From assembly GCA_045579895.1 (NCBI GenBank), contig JAZNMT010000012.1:11165-75164 (forward strand): a stretch of 64,000 nucleotides of DNA. Reading direction: 5' to 3'. A program made the position numbers and the translations under genes. The notes beneath the pieces were generated by a model. The model searched no databases and was not told the DNA's origin. It worked only from the letters and a program-made list of their open reading frames with translations. This document shows, piece by piece, positions 10,178-17,723 of the stretch (position 1 is its first letter; every line of letters starts with the position of its first letter). Source of the stretch: Paludibacteraceae bacterium (GTDB lineage: Bacteria > Bacteroidota > Bacteroidia > Bacteroidales > Paludibacteraceae).

Positions 10178-10222
10178 AATCACTAATTAATCACTAACTT
10201 ATCACTAATTAATCACTAATAT
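10178..10222. repeat. tandem array of about 4 x 11 bp (AATCACTAATT)
   Basis: The sequence reads aatcactaatt aatcactaact tatcactaatt aatcactaata. The reverse complement of the same unit is arrayed at 26617-26664. Confidence 0.85.
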
Positions 10223-10311
10223 ACATCTAATATCCGAAAAGGAATTGAACCTATTCCTAAGTGGAACAAATACGGAGCAGCAAGGCATCCAATATGTATG
10301 ATGCAAGGCAC

Positions 10312-10343
10312 AAAAAAACTGCCTGTCCCTACGGGCAGGCAGT
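10312..10343 (-). terminator. rho-independent terminator after the exbBD operon
   Basis: On the minus strand, ACTGCCTGCCCGTAGGGACAGGCAGT is followed by TTTTTTT, about 25 nt past the exbD stop. Confidence 0.75.
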
Positions 10344-10367
10344 TGATAGAATATATCAATCTACGAA

Positions 10368-10838
10368 TTAGTAGGATGTACGTTGGGTAGCAGCGTAGCT
10401 GATCTTCAGTGCATATGCACGGCGAAGCTCTTGCTTGATGTCTGCAATGATACCCATCTTAGTCTCCTTATCAGCCTTGATAGACACAGTCATAAGACCT
10501 TGGTCAGACTCTTTCATAGAAGAACGCTCGTTGATGATATAGTCACCAATCTCCTTAGCGTCAGCGAAAGCGTCGTCCAATTGGATACGTGTCTCCGCAC
10601 CATATTGTTTGCGGAACTCAGCGGTAGGAGTACCTACATAGATGTAACGAACTAATGATTTCTTTTCGAGTTTCGTCAACTCAGTTGCTTGTGGGTTCTG
10701 AATCTGTACCTTGTAGGTAACCTCCTTCATAGAAGTTACAGACATGAAGAAGAACAGCAACATGAAGATGATATCAGGCAATGAACTAGTGTTCAAAGCA
10801 GGCATCTCTCGTTTATCGTTTCTACGAATTTTTGCCAT
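10368..10838 (-). CDS. exbD: biopolymer transport protein ExbD/TolR
   Basis: The 156 aa ORF has an N-terminal TM (LNTSSLPDIIFMLLFFFM), which is the ExbD signature, and lies in an exbB-exbD cluster. Confidence 0.85.
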   Translation of the reverse strand: MAKIRRNDKREMPALNTSSLPDIIFMLLFFFMSVTSMKEVTYKVQIQNPQATELTKLEKKSLVRYIYVGTPTAEFRKQYGAETRIQLDDAFADAKEIGDYIINERSSMKESDQGLMTVSIKADKETKMGIIADIKQELRRAYALKISYAATQRTSY

Positions 10839-10840
10839 AA

Positions 10841-11422
10841 TTACTTTCCTCCATAATTTTTAGGTTCAGCCTCAGAAATCTTTTGAGGATAAATCTTTTG
10901 GATTTTCTTTTGCCACTCTTCATCCAACTCAGTATAAGCAGTGTGGAAGTATTTTTGAGCGCATTCCTCACGCAACTCGTTGTATGCTGCCACCAATTCG
11001 TTCTGCACCTCCAAATATGCTTGGTATTGTGTTTCGGCATCGTTTTGCACGGAAATCACGTGTTCCTTAGTATATTTGAGCGTACCAAATGGCTGACCAA
11101 AATCCTCCTCAAAGAGTTTAGGCATATTTGGGTCGTCATTGGCATTCACAATGAACTCCTTGGCTTTAGCGCGCAGTTGACGCACATCCATCTCTTGTCC
11201 TTGCACGAGGAGTTTGTTCTCCCAGTTAATCTTCACAACAAACAAGTTACGTTTGTTGATATCGGTGTCCTCGACTTTTTGGTCAGGTGGAATAGGTGCA
11301 GGCAAACGACGTGCGAGACCTTGATTCACATCCATAGAGGTGGTCACCAAGAAGAAGATGAGCAGCAAGAATGAGATGTCTGCCATGGAACTGGCGTTAA
11401 TCTGCGGAATTTTCTTTGCCAT
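10841..11422 (-). CDS. exbD: biopolymer transport protein ExbD/TolR (second copy)
   Basis: The 193 aa ORF reads INASSMADISFLLLIFFLVTTSM, the ExbD signature. It lies 2 nt from the downstream exbD. Confidence 0.85.
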   Translation of the reverse strand: MAKKIPQINASSMADISFLLLIFFLVTTSMDVNQGLARRLPAPIPPDQKVEDTDINKRNLFVVKINWENKLLVQGQEMDVRQLRAKAKEFIVNANDDPNMPKLFEEDFGQPFGTLKYTKEHVISVQNDAETQYQAYLEVQNELVAAYNELREECAQKYFHTAYTELDEEWQKKIQKIYPQKISEAEPKNYGGK

Positions 11423-11470
11423 AATCTTAATTTACGATTGGACAATTTACAATTGATGTAAATGTCGTAA

Positions 11471-11947
11471 TTACTTTTTAACTCGTGTATAAATAACACC
11501 CCATATCAGCGCTACTACAGTAGAAGCGGTAAGGATGTAAACAAGGTACATGATAGCATCACTCATGCGAGCCATGTTACCTACGTTATCGGTACCTTCG
11601 TAACCAAGGATTTTCACTTCTTCAGGGCTACCCAAGAACCAGCAGAGTACGCAAAGTGCTACTGCACCAAGCACTACGCCTACAGATGTAAGACCACGTT
11701 TTGGATCTACCTTGAAAGTCTCAACCAATTTTGCAATAACGAAACCGAAAGTAACAAGGATAACAAGACCTACGAGCACATAAATCCAATAGAGGAGCGC
11801 GTCGGTGAACTTAGGAATATCCAAGAAGTCACCTGCTACTTCCAATGAACCTTCAGAACCTCCTGCAAAGAACATCACTGAAGCAACGATGCCCACCAAC
11901 ATGAGGACCCAGAGGGTTACTTTTGGGAATAATTTATAATTTTTCAT
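11471..11947 (-). CDS. 4-TM membrane protein of the exbB-exbD cluster (unknown function)
   Basis: The 158 aa ORF has four hydrophobic segments and sits between exbB and exbD on the same strand. Confidence 0.6.
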   Translation of the reverse strand: MKNYKLFPKVTLWVLMLVGIVASVMFFAGGSEGSLEVAGDFLDIPKFTDALLYWIYVLVGLVILVTFGFVIAKLVETFKVDPKRGLTSVGVVLGAVALCVLCWFLGSPEEVKILGYEGTDNVGNMARMSDAIMYLVYILTASTVVALIWGVIYTRVKK

Positions 11948-12003
11948 AATAATCTAAAATTTTGCAAGTTTAACAATTCACGTTCTGCACAATGCAAAAT
12001 AGA

Positions 12004-12828
12004 TTATTTCTTTTGTGCTGCGTCGTATTCAACCACGAGGTCAAGAAGGCTGATAGAGCTATCTTCCATCTCATTAACGAGACCCTCGATCAAGCTGAGG
12101 ATGTAGTTGTAGAATACTTGAAGAATAATAGCGATGATCAAACCGAGGAGGGTTGTCAACAGAGCGACCTTGATACCACCAGCCACAACGGTAGCAGAGA
12201 TGTCACCTACTTGTTGGATTTTATCGAACGCTTGGATCATACCGATAATGGTACCCAAGAATCCCAAAGATGGAGCGATAGAGATGAAGAGAGAAATCCA
12301 AGAGAGGTTCTTCTCGAGAAGACCAAGTTGCACACCACCATAAGAAGCTACAGTTTTCTCAACTACGTCAACGCCCTCATTGTAGCGGCTCAAACCTTGA
12401 TAGAAGATACTAGCTACAGGACCGCGAGTGTTGCGGCAAACTTCCAAAGCAGCCTCAATACCACCGTTCTTCAAAGCTGCCTCAACGTTAGCTAAGAGAG
12501 CTTTGGTGTTAGTTTTGCTCAAGCTCAAATAGATAATACGCTCAATACAGAGTGCCAAACCAAATACCAAGCAGAGCAATGTAGCAGCCATAAAGCCAGC
12601 ACCACCTTCGATGAACTTAGTTTTGAGAGTTTTGTGTAGGGCTACGATACCGCCCTCAGCCTCTTCTACTACTTCTTCTGCCTCTACTGCAGGAGCCTCA
12701 ACAGCTGCAGAATCTACAGTTACTTCCTCAGCTACAGGAGCAGCCTCAGCTGCGTCTTGAGCCATTACTGCAACGCTTCCGAAAGAAAACATTGCCAACA
12801 CCGTTAGGGTTGCAAAAATTTTTTTCAT
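12004..12828 (-). CDS. exbB: MotA/TolQ/ExbB proton-channel protein
   Basis: The 274 aa ORF has a signal peptide, an Ala/Glu/Val-rich linker and the C-terminal ExbB core (SLGFLGTIIGMIQAF...ALLTTLLGLIIAI). Confidence 0.88.
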   Translation of the reverse strand: MKKIFATLTVLAMFSFGSVAVMAQDAAEAAPVAEEVTVDSAAVEAPAVEAEEVVEEAEGGIVALHKTLKTKFIEGGAGFMAATLLCLVFGLALCIERIIYLSLSKTNTKALLANVEAALKNGGIEAALEVCRNTRGPVASIFYQGLSRYNEGVDVVEKTVASYGGVQLGLLEKNLSWISLFISIAPSLGFLGTIIGMIQAFDKIQQVGDISATVVAGGIKVALLTTLLGLIIAIILQVFYNYILSLIEGLVNEMEDSSISLLDLVVEYDAAQKK

Positions 12829-12950
12829 ACGATTTGTTTTTTTGTGTATTAAATTGTTAATATTTATTTGTTCGTTTTACTCACGTTAGTGGCTCGCTCG
12901 CGAGCGTGTTAGGAGGGGGATTTCTCATCTCGGCTATGCCTCGAACGATT

Positions 12951-13037
12951 ATTTCTTCGTAATCCCCACAATCTGCCGACGGCATCCTTGAGAGAGGGGA
13001 TTTCTTCGTAATCCCCACAGTCTGCCCCGGGCATCCT
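12951..13037. repeat. two 38-bp direct repeats (period 49 bp), each holding small hairpins, in the 3' trailer of tRNA-Ser
   Basis: 12951-12988 (atttcttcgtaatccccacaatctgccgacggcatcct) and 13000-13037 (atttcttcgtaatccccacagtctgccccgggcatcct) match at about 34/38. Each can form GGGGAT..ATCCCC and GATGCC..GGCATC stems. Confidence 0.7.
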
Positions 13038-13100
13038 GTGCAAAGATTTTTCTTCCGCCATGCTTAAGCAAGCTTAGACATGTCGTCTTAAAAATCTTTG

Positions 13101-13188
13101 CGGAGAGAGGGGGATTCGAACCCCCGAAACCCTTTTGGAGTTTACACGCTTTCCAGGCGTGCCTCTTCAACCACTCGAGCATCTCTCC
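13101..13188 (-). tRNA. tRNA-Ser (anticodon GGA)
   Basis: The minus strand reads GGAGAGATGCTCGAGTGGTTGAAGAGGCACGCCTGGAAAGCGTGTAAACTCCAAAAGGGTTTCGGGGGTTCGAATCCCCCTCTCTCCG. I see a 7-bp acceptor stem, anticodon stem CACGC/GCGTG with loop CTGGAAA, a long variable arm and a GGGGG-TTCGAAT-CCCCC T-arm. Confidence 0.93.
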
Positions 13189-13204
13189 TTCGTCGCAACT
13201 AGCT

Positions 13205-13387
13205 TGCATGAAAAAACTCGCCCTGCGAGTTTGGCTTGCCGCCGTTGCACCTCCTTAAGTCGGGGCTTCCAAAGCCCTCGTTAGTCTTTCGCGTTTGTCG
13301 GTCTTCGACCTACTATAATGTATATCTAAGAACACATTTACAGAAAAGTAACCGCACACAAAACGACGCAATACACCTTTCGACCCG
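13205..13387 (-). ncRNA. candidate ~170-nt small RNA or unusually long tRNA leader (promoter to terminator-like hairpin)
   Basis: It is bounded by a TAccTTTG box (13388-13395) and AACTCGCAGGGCGAGTTTTTTT (13211-13229 region). There is no credible ORF. Internal hairpins include GGTCGAAGACC and GGGCTTTGGAAGCCC, and there is an AAGGAGGTG tract. I did not recognise a family. Confidence 0.3.
13211..13229 (-). terminator. terminator-like hairpin plus U-run, 23 nt upstream of the tRNA-Ser 5' end
   Basis: The minus strand reads AACTCGC-AGG-GCGAGTT followed by TTTTT. Confidence 0.45.
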
Positions 13388-13395
13388 CAAAGGTA
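13388..13395 (-). promoter_or_regulatory. -7 box (TAccTTTG) driving the sRNA-candidate/tRNA-Ser unit
   Basis: The plus-strand caaaggta sits in the context gTAccTTTGcgggtcg on the minus strand. Confidence 0.45.
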
Positions 13396-13445
13396 CAAAA
13401 AATATTTGATATATGCACAATAGTTTGTGTTTTTTTTTTATTTTT

Positions 13446-14234
13446 TCACAAATTTATAACAAAAAGTGCCTTTGCATTAGCGGTTGTTAGCTCATTTATA
13501 TATTCAGGAGTACAATCATACAACTGCGCCAAACGTTCAACCACATACCACATCCAACGACTTTCATTGCGTTTTCCACGGTGTGGAACAGGAGCCATAT
13601 ATGGAGCATCTGTTTCCAATATCAATCTGTCCAACGGAATCCCCTGCAGATGCTCAGCCAACTTACAGTTTTTGAAGGTTAAGACCCCACCTATCCCTAA
13701 ATAATAGCCCATCTCCACCACCTGCTTTGCTACTTCATGACTCCCACTAAAGCAGTGCATTACTCCTTTTACTGTGGGAAATTCGCGAAGTATTTTCAGT
13801 GTATCTTCTGTAGCATCTCTACTATGAATCATCACGGGTAGATTATACTGCTGCGCCCAGCGCATCTGCTCGCGCAACGCTTCATGTTGTTGCTCCTTGA
13901 AAGTTATATCCCAATGGTAGTCCAAGCCTATTTCGCCGATAGCGATCAGTTGACAGTTGGTAGTTGACAGTTGACACATACGCTTATCAACCGCAGTTTT
14001 GAGTATTTTCAGTTGTTCTTGCCAATCTTCCTTCACATTCTCAGGATGCAGTCCCAAAGCAGGAAACAAATAGTGAGGATATTGGTCGCAAACCGTTAGT
14101 ACATCTTTTACAGACGTGGCATCTACCCCAGGCACAAGCATGGCTTCTACGCCATGCGCCTGCTGGTCAGCCAAAAAAGAGGCTAATTCCTCCGCATACT
14201 GCGGGTCATCTATATGGCAGTGAGTGTCAATCAT
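13446..14234 (-). CDS. tatD: TatD-family metal-dependent hydrolase (DNase)
   Basis: The 262 aa ORF reads MIDTHCHIDD...IGEIGLDYHW...PVMIHSRDA...MHCFSG...ETDAPYM. Confidence 0.9.
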   Translation of the reverse strand: MIDTHCHIDDPQYAEELASFLADQQAHGVEAMLVPGVDATSVKDVLTVCDQYPHYLFPALGLHPENVKEDWQEQLKILKTAVDKRMCQLSTTNCQLIAIGEIGLDYHWDITFKEQQHEALREQMRWAQQYNLPVMIHSRDATEDTLKILREFPTVKGVMHCFSGSHEVAKQVVEMGYYLGIGGVLTFKNCKLAEHLQGIPLDRLILETDAPYMAPVPHRGKRNESRWMWYVVERLAQLYDCTPEYINELTTANAKALFVINL

Positions 14235-15513
14235 TGTGTTTAGTGTTTAGAGTTAATATGCTACTGTCGCCATAACTGAGAAAGCGGAAGTCATGCAATA
14301 GAGCATAATCGTAAATGGTATGCCAATCGCCTCCTACAAAAGCACTCACCAAAAGCAACAACGTGGATTTTGGTTGGTGAAAGTTGGTAATTAATTGATC
14401 CACAACACGGAACTGATATCCTGGCTTAATCATTATTTGCGTCTCTGCGTGCAAGACATTCTGCTCCGTACTATCCAGATAATCTATTATTGCCTGCAGT
14501 GCTTCGCTTGCAGAGATAGCATGCTCTTTGTCATATGGTGCAAACTGCGCCACAGAGAGTGTAGAACGTAAGGCGTGTGGTTCATCGTGTAATTGTTCAC
14601 CAAGAAAATAGAGACTTTCTAGCGTACGCATGCTAGTTGTACCTACAGCTACAATATGTCCGAGATGACTAATGATTGTTTCAATTGTCCCACGCGGTAT
14701 GGCAATAATCTCTGTGTGCATGGTGTGTTGATTGGCGTCCGCCACTTTTACGGGTTGGAACGTTCCTGCGCCCACATGCAATGTCACCTCTGCGATTTGT
14801 ATGCCCTTTTGTCGTAAACCATTCAATACTTTGTCTGTAAAATGCAAACCCGCAGTAGGAGCAGCGACCGACCCTTTTATACGTGAATACACCGTCTGAT
14901 AAGTAGTCTTATCGCTCTCCTCAGTCTTGCGATTCAGGTAAGGAGGAATCGGCAATTCGCCTACAGCATCTAATATCTCAGCAAAGCTGATGTTTGGGTT
15001 ATAGATGAGAGGTGAGAGGTGAGAGGTGAGATGATCGGTGGTATTCCACCAAAAGCGCACAGCAAAAGTGTTACCCACTTGTTCGCCTTTCTCCGCAAAA
15101 AGGGTGATGGTTTCGCCAGAAGGTAATACGATAGGTAGCGATAATGTACCAGATTTCCACTTCTTCGCATTACCAATCATGCACTTCCACGTACAACCTT
15201 CCGTAGATCCTAAGTTCAACTGGTAGTCATGCGGCAAGATAGGTTCCAAACAAAATATTTCCACCCGAGCCCCTAGTGTACCATCTTCTTGGTGCTTATG
15301 AAACACCAATCGCGCTTGTATTACGCGCGTATTATTATATATAAGGAGTGAATCATTGGAGATATAATCACCCACGTGATAAAAATAATCTTCACTCACT
15401 TTTCCATCACGATACACAAGCAATTTACTTTGATCACGTTCTGCCAATGGATATTTAGCTATACGCGCATCAGGTAAAGGATAATTGTATTCTTCTATAA
15501 GGATTTTTTCCAT
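14227..15513 (-). CDS. queA: S-adenosylmethionine:tRNA ribosyltransferase-isomerase
   Basis: The 428 aa ORF reads YNYPLPDARIAKYPLAERDQSKLLV, PIPPYL, YQTVYS...GSVAAPTAGLHFT, VGTTSMRTLES, NFHQPKSTLLLLVSAF and SYGDS. It is longer than the ~350 aa I expect for QueA. Confidence 0.92.
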   Translation of the reverse strand: MEKILIEEYNYPLPDARIAKYPLAERDQSKLLVYRDGKVSEDYFYHVGDYISNDSLLIYNNTRVIQARLVFHKHQEDGTLGARVEIFCLEPILPHDYQLNLGSTEGCTWKCMIGNAKKWKSGTLSLPIVLPSGETITLFAEKGEQVGNTFAVRFWWNTTDHLTSHLSPLIYNPNISFAEILDAVGELPIPPYLNRKTEESDKTTYQTVYSRIKGSVAAPTAGLHFTDKVLNGLRQKGIQIAEVTLHVGAGTFQPVKVADANQHTMHTEIIAIPRGTIETIISHLGHIVAVGTTSMRTLESLYFLGEQLHDEPHALRSTLSVAQFAPYDKEHAISASEALQAIIDYLDSTEQNVLHAETQIMIKPGYQFRVVDQLITNFHQPKSTLLLLVSAFVGGDWHTIYDYALLHDFRFLSYGDSSILTLNTKHND

Positions 15514-16685
15514 GTCTTATGATCTCCCTTAAATAATACATACTGATTAAACAAACAGTCTAAATCTCCATTTACCAAATGAATACGTTTAGCCGGACGT
15601 AATCCAACACATTTCAAAGCAGCTTCATTGCTTGAAATAATCCATGCCGTAGCCCCACTGAAATGATGCTTAAGCGTTGTTCCTATATCTTGATACAAAC
15701 GCAAAACATCCTTTTCCTGCGATAGGCGTTCGCCATATGGCGGATTCATCATCACTAAAGCTCCTTCCGTTTGCCTTGCCTTAGCTCCTTTCGCCTCTTC
15801 GCCTAGGCGCAACTCCTGCACACGTATCTGCTTCATCTCTATATCTCTTTGCAGATTAGCCGATTGTACATTTTTCATGGCTGTTTGAACGGCATAAAAA
15901 CTTGCGTCTGAACCATAAATCTTATGATTAAATTCACGTTCTCTACTATCATCGCTAGATACATCTTCAAAAAGATCCGCATCAAAATCAGCCCACTTTT
16001 CAAAAGCAAACCCCTTACGATAAATACCAGGAGCAATATTACGTGCAATAAGCGCTGCCTCAATCAGCAATGTGCCCGATCCACACATGGGATCATAAAA
16101 ATCGCTTTGCCCTTTCCATCCTGCGAGCAAAAGCATGCCTGCAGCAAGAGCCTCATTGATAGGTGCTTGCGTGTTCGCTACACGATAACCACGTTTATGA
16201 AGACTCTCGCCCGAACTATCTAGCGACAGCGTGACGATATCGCCCGCAATATGTATATTCAAATTTAAGTCAGGATTGGTCAACTGCACATTCGGACGCA
16301 TACCTCCGTGCTCCATCCACCAATCCACAATCGCATCTTTTACGCGATATGTTACGAATTGCGAATGGCGGAATAGCTCAGAATATACGGTGGCATCAAT
16401 CTGGAAAGTAGTTGTAGCAGTCATGTATAGTCCCCAATCCAACTGCTTTACATGCGAGTAAATATCATCTGTAGTTTTAGCTCTAAAACTGATAATTGGC
16501 ACAAGAACTCTTGAAGCAGTACGCAAACAAAAGTTTGCAGCATAAAGCATACGTTTATCCCCCGTAAAGGATACGGCTCTACGCTGTATTTGCACATTAT
16601 TGGCACCCAATTCAATTAATTCTCCTGCAAGCACTTGCTCTAACCCCTTAAAGGTTTTCGCCAACATTTGAAAATCATTGTCCAT
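15495..16685 (-). CDS. THUMP-domain class I SAM-dependent RNA methyltransferase (RlmL/UPF0020-like)
   Basis: I moved the start to MDNDFQ because a TAccTTTG box (16704-16711) overlaps the longer track ORF. Methyltransferase motifs include FYDPMCGSGTLLIEA and MMNPPYGERL. Confidence 0.82.
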   Translation of the reverse strand: MDNDFQMLAKTFKGLEQVLAGELIELGANNVQIQRRAVSFTGDKRMLYAANFCLRTASRVLVPIISFRAKTTDDIYSHVKQLDWGLYMTATTTFQIDATVYSELFRHSQFVTYRVKDAIVDWWMEHGGMRPNVQLTNPDLNLNIHIAGDIVTLSLDSSGESLHKRGYRVANTQAPINEALAAGMLLLAGWKGQSDFYDPMCGSGTLLIEAALIARNIAPGIYRKGFAFEKWADFDADLFEDVSSDDSREREFNHKIYGSDASFYAVQTAMKNVQSANLQRDIEMKQIRVQELRLGEEAKGAKARQTEGALVMMNPPYGERLSQEKDVLRLYQDIGTTLKHHFSGATAWIISSNEAALKCVGLRPAKRIHLVNGDLDCLFNQYVLFKGDHKTWKKSL

Positions 16686-16703
16686 ATTTATAGAATTACG
16701 CTG

Positions 16704-16711
16704 CAAAGGTA
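16704..16711 (-). promoter_or_regulatory. -7 box (TAccTTTG) for the THUMP methyltransferase/queA/tatD gene string
   Basis: The plus-strand caaaggta lies 19 nt upstream of the ATG at 16685. Confidence 0.45.
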
Positions 16712-16786
16712 CGATAATTTTCGCAGTTGTGCAAGTTAAAAAATCAACTTCCTATTATTTTTCTTGCGTATGTGCATTTTTTATTG

Positions 16787-16794
16787 TACCTTTG
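16787..16794 (+). promoter_or_regulatory. -7 box (TAccTTTG) for smpB
   Basis: tacctttg lies 11 nt upstream of the ATG at 16805. Confidence 0.45.
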
Positions 16795-16804
16795 TCGCGT
16801 TTTT

Positions 16805-17266
16805 ATGCGTTTGAAAAGCAATGTAAATATTAAAAATCGCCGTGCAACCTTTGATTATGAGGTACTAGAGCGTTATACAGCGGGCATCCAACTCTTCGGC
16901 ACAGAGATCAAATCCATTCGAGAGAGCAAGGCCTCGCTAGTAGATACGTATTGCCAATTCATCAGTAACGAGTTATGGGTAAAACAGATGCATATTGCCG
17001 AATATCGCTTTGGTAGTTATGCCAATCACGAAGCCAAACGCGATCGCAAGTTGCTCATGACCCGCAAAGAATTGCGCAAATTACAGCGTCAAGTACAAGA
17101 TACAGGAAAAACCATCATTCCACTACGACTATTCATCAACGAGAAAGGCTTCGCCAAGATGGAAATTGCCCTCTGCCAAGGTAAGCATACTTATGACAAA
17201 CGTCAAGCACTACGCGCAGCAGACGACAAGCGAGAACTACAACGAGCCTTGCGATATAATCAATAA
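16805..17266 (+). CDS. smpB: SsrA-binding protein
   Basis: Starting at [39 protein letters not shown] gives the typical SmpB N-terminus. The C-terminal tail is basic. The track's upstream extension overlaps the promoter. Confidence 0.93.
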   Translation: MRLKSNVNIKNRRATFDYEVLERYTAGIQLFGTEIKSIRESKASLVDTYCQFISNELWVKQMHIAEYRFGSYANHEAKRDRKLLMTRKELRKLQRQVQDTGKTIIPLRLFINEKGFAKMEIALCQGKHTYDKRQALRAADDKRELQRALRYNQ

Positions 17267-17296
17267 AACAAAATCAATCATTAGATTTAGGATAAA

Positions 17297-17326
17297 CAAA
17301 AAGCCATACGCTTGTATGGCTTTTTG
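17297..17326. terminator. bidirectional hairpin terminator between the convergent smpB and HMA genes
   Basis: aaaaAGCCATACgcttGTATGGCTtttt has an A-run on one side and a T-run on the other. Confidence 0.7.
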
Positions 17327-17701
17327 TTAATGTTGATGACCATGATGATGATCATGGTCGTGATGATGATGCTCGTATTCACCATGCTCCTTAGAATCAG
17401 GCTTGGTGGTAGTAGCTGGCTTGCCTATCTTAGCAAATGCTTTTTGCAATGTTGGAACATCTGTTTTGTTGGCGTCATAAGTCACAGTTACAGTTTGTGC
17501 CTCAATGTCAAACACAAGATCTTTTACTCCATTTTTGAGTTCCTTATCAAAAGGAATATTCTTCAAAATCTTGTCACAGCAATCCTGACAATGCAGATAG
17601 ACATAGAATACTACTTTTTGTTTGTTTGGTTTCGCCTCTGCTGTAGAGAGAACAAAAGCCATTGGCAACACGGCCAACAGGAAGATAATTAGTCGTTTCA
17701 T
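17327..17701 (-). CDS. secreted heavy-metal-associated (HMA) domain protein with His-rich C-terminal tail
   Basis: The signal peptide is MKRLIIFLLAVLPMAFVLSTAEA. The Cys motif LHCQDCCDKI sits in the HMA position. The tail is EHGEYEHHHHDHDHHHGHQH. Confidence 0.75.
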   Translation of the reverse strand: MKRLIIFLLAVLPMAFVLSTAEAKPNKQKVVFYVYLHCQDCCDKILKNIPFDKELKNGVKDLVFDIEAQTVTVTYDANKTDVPTLQKAFAKIGKPATTTKPDSKEHGEYEHHHHDHDHHHGHQH

Positions 17702-17723
17702 ATTATTGCTAGCGTTTTAAGAA

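Noticed and set aside
12949-13209. 86-aa minus-strand ORF
   Set aside because: It reads straight through tRNA-Ser(GGA); the peptide EMLEWLKRHAWKACK is the tRNA sequence translated. It is not a gene.
16686-16804. N-terminal extensions of the track ORFs at 16706 (minus) and 16727 (plus); similar extensions at 10034, 20087, 24273, 26517, 26683, 31152, 42128, 50606 and 57951
   Set aside because: The extensions run through TAnnTTTG promoter boxes or lack homology-like sequence. Internal ATGs give canonical family N-termini or signal peptides, so I trimmed the starts.
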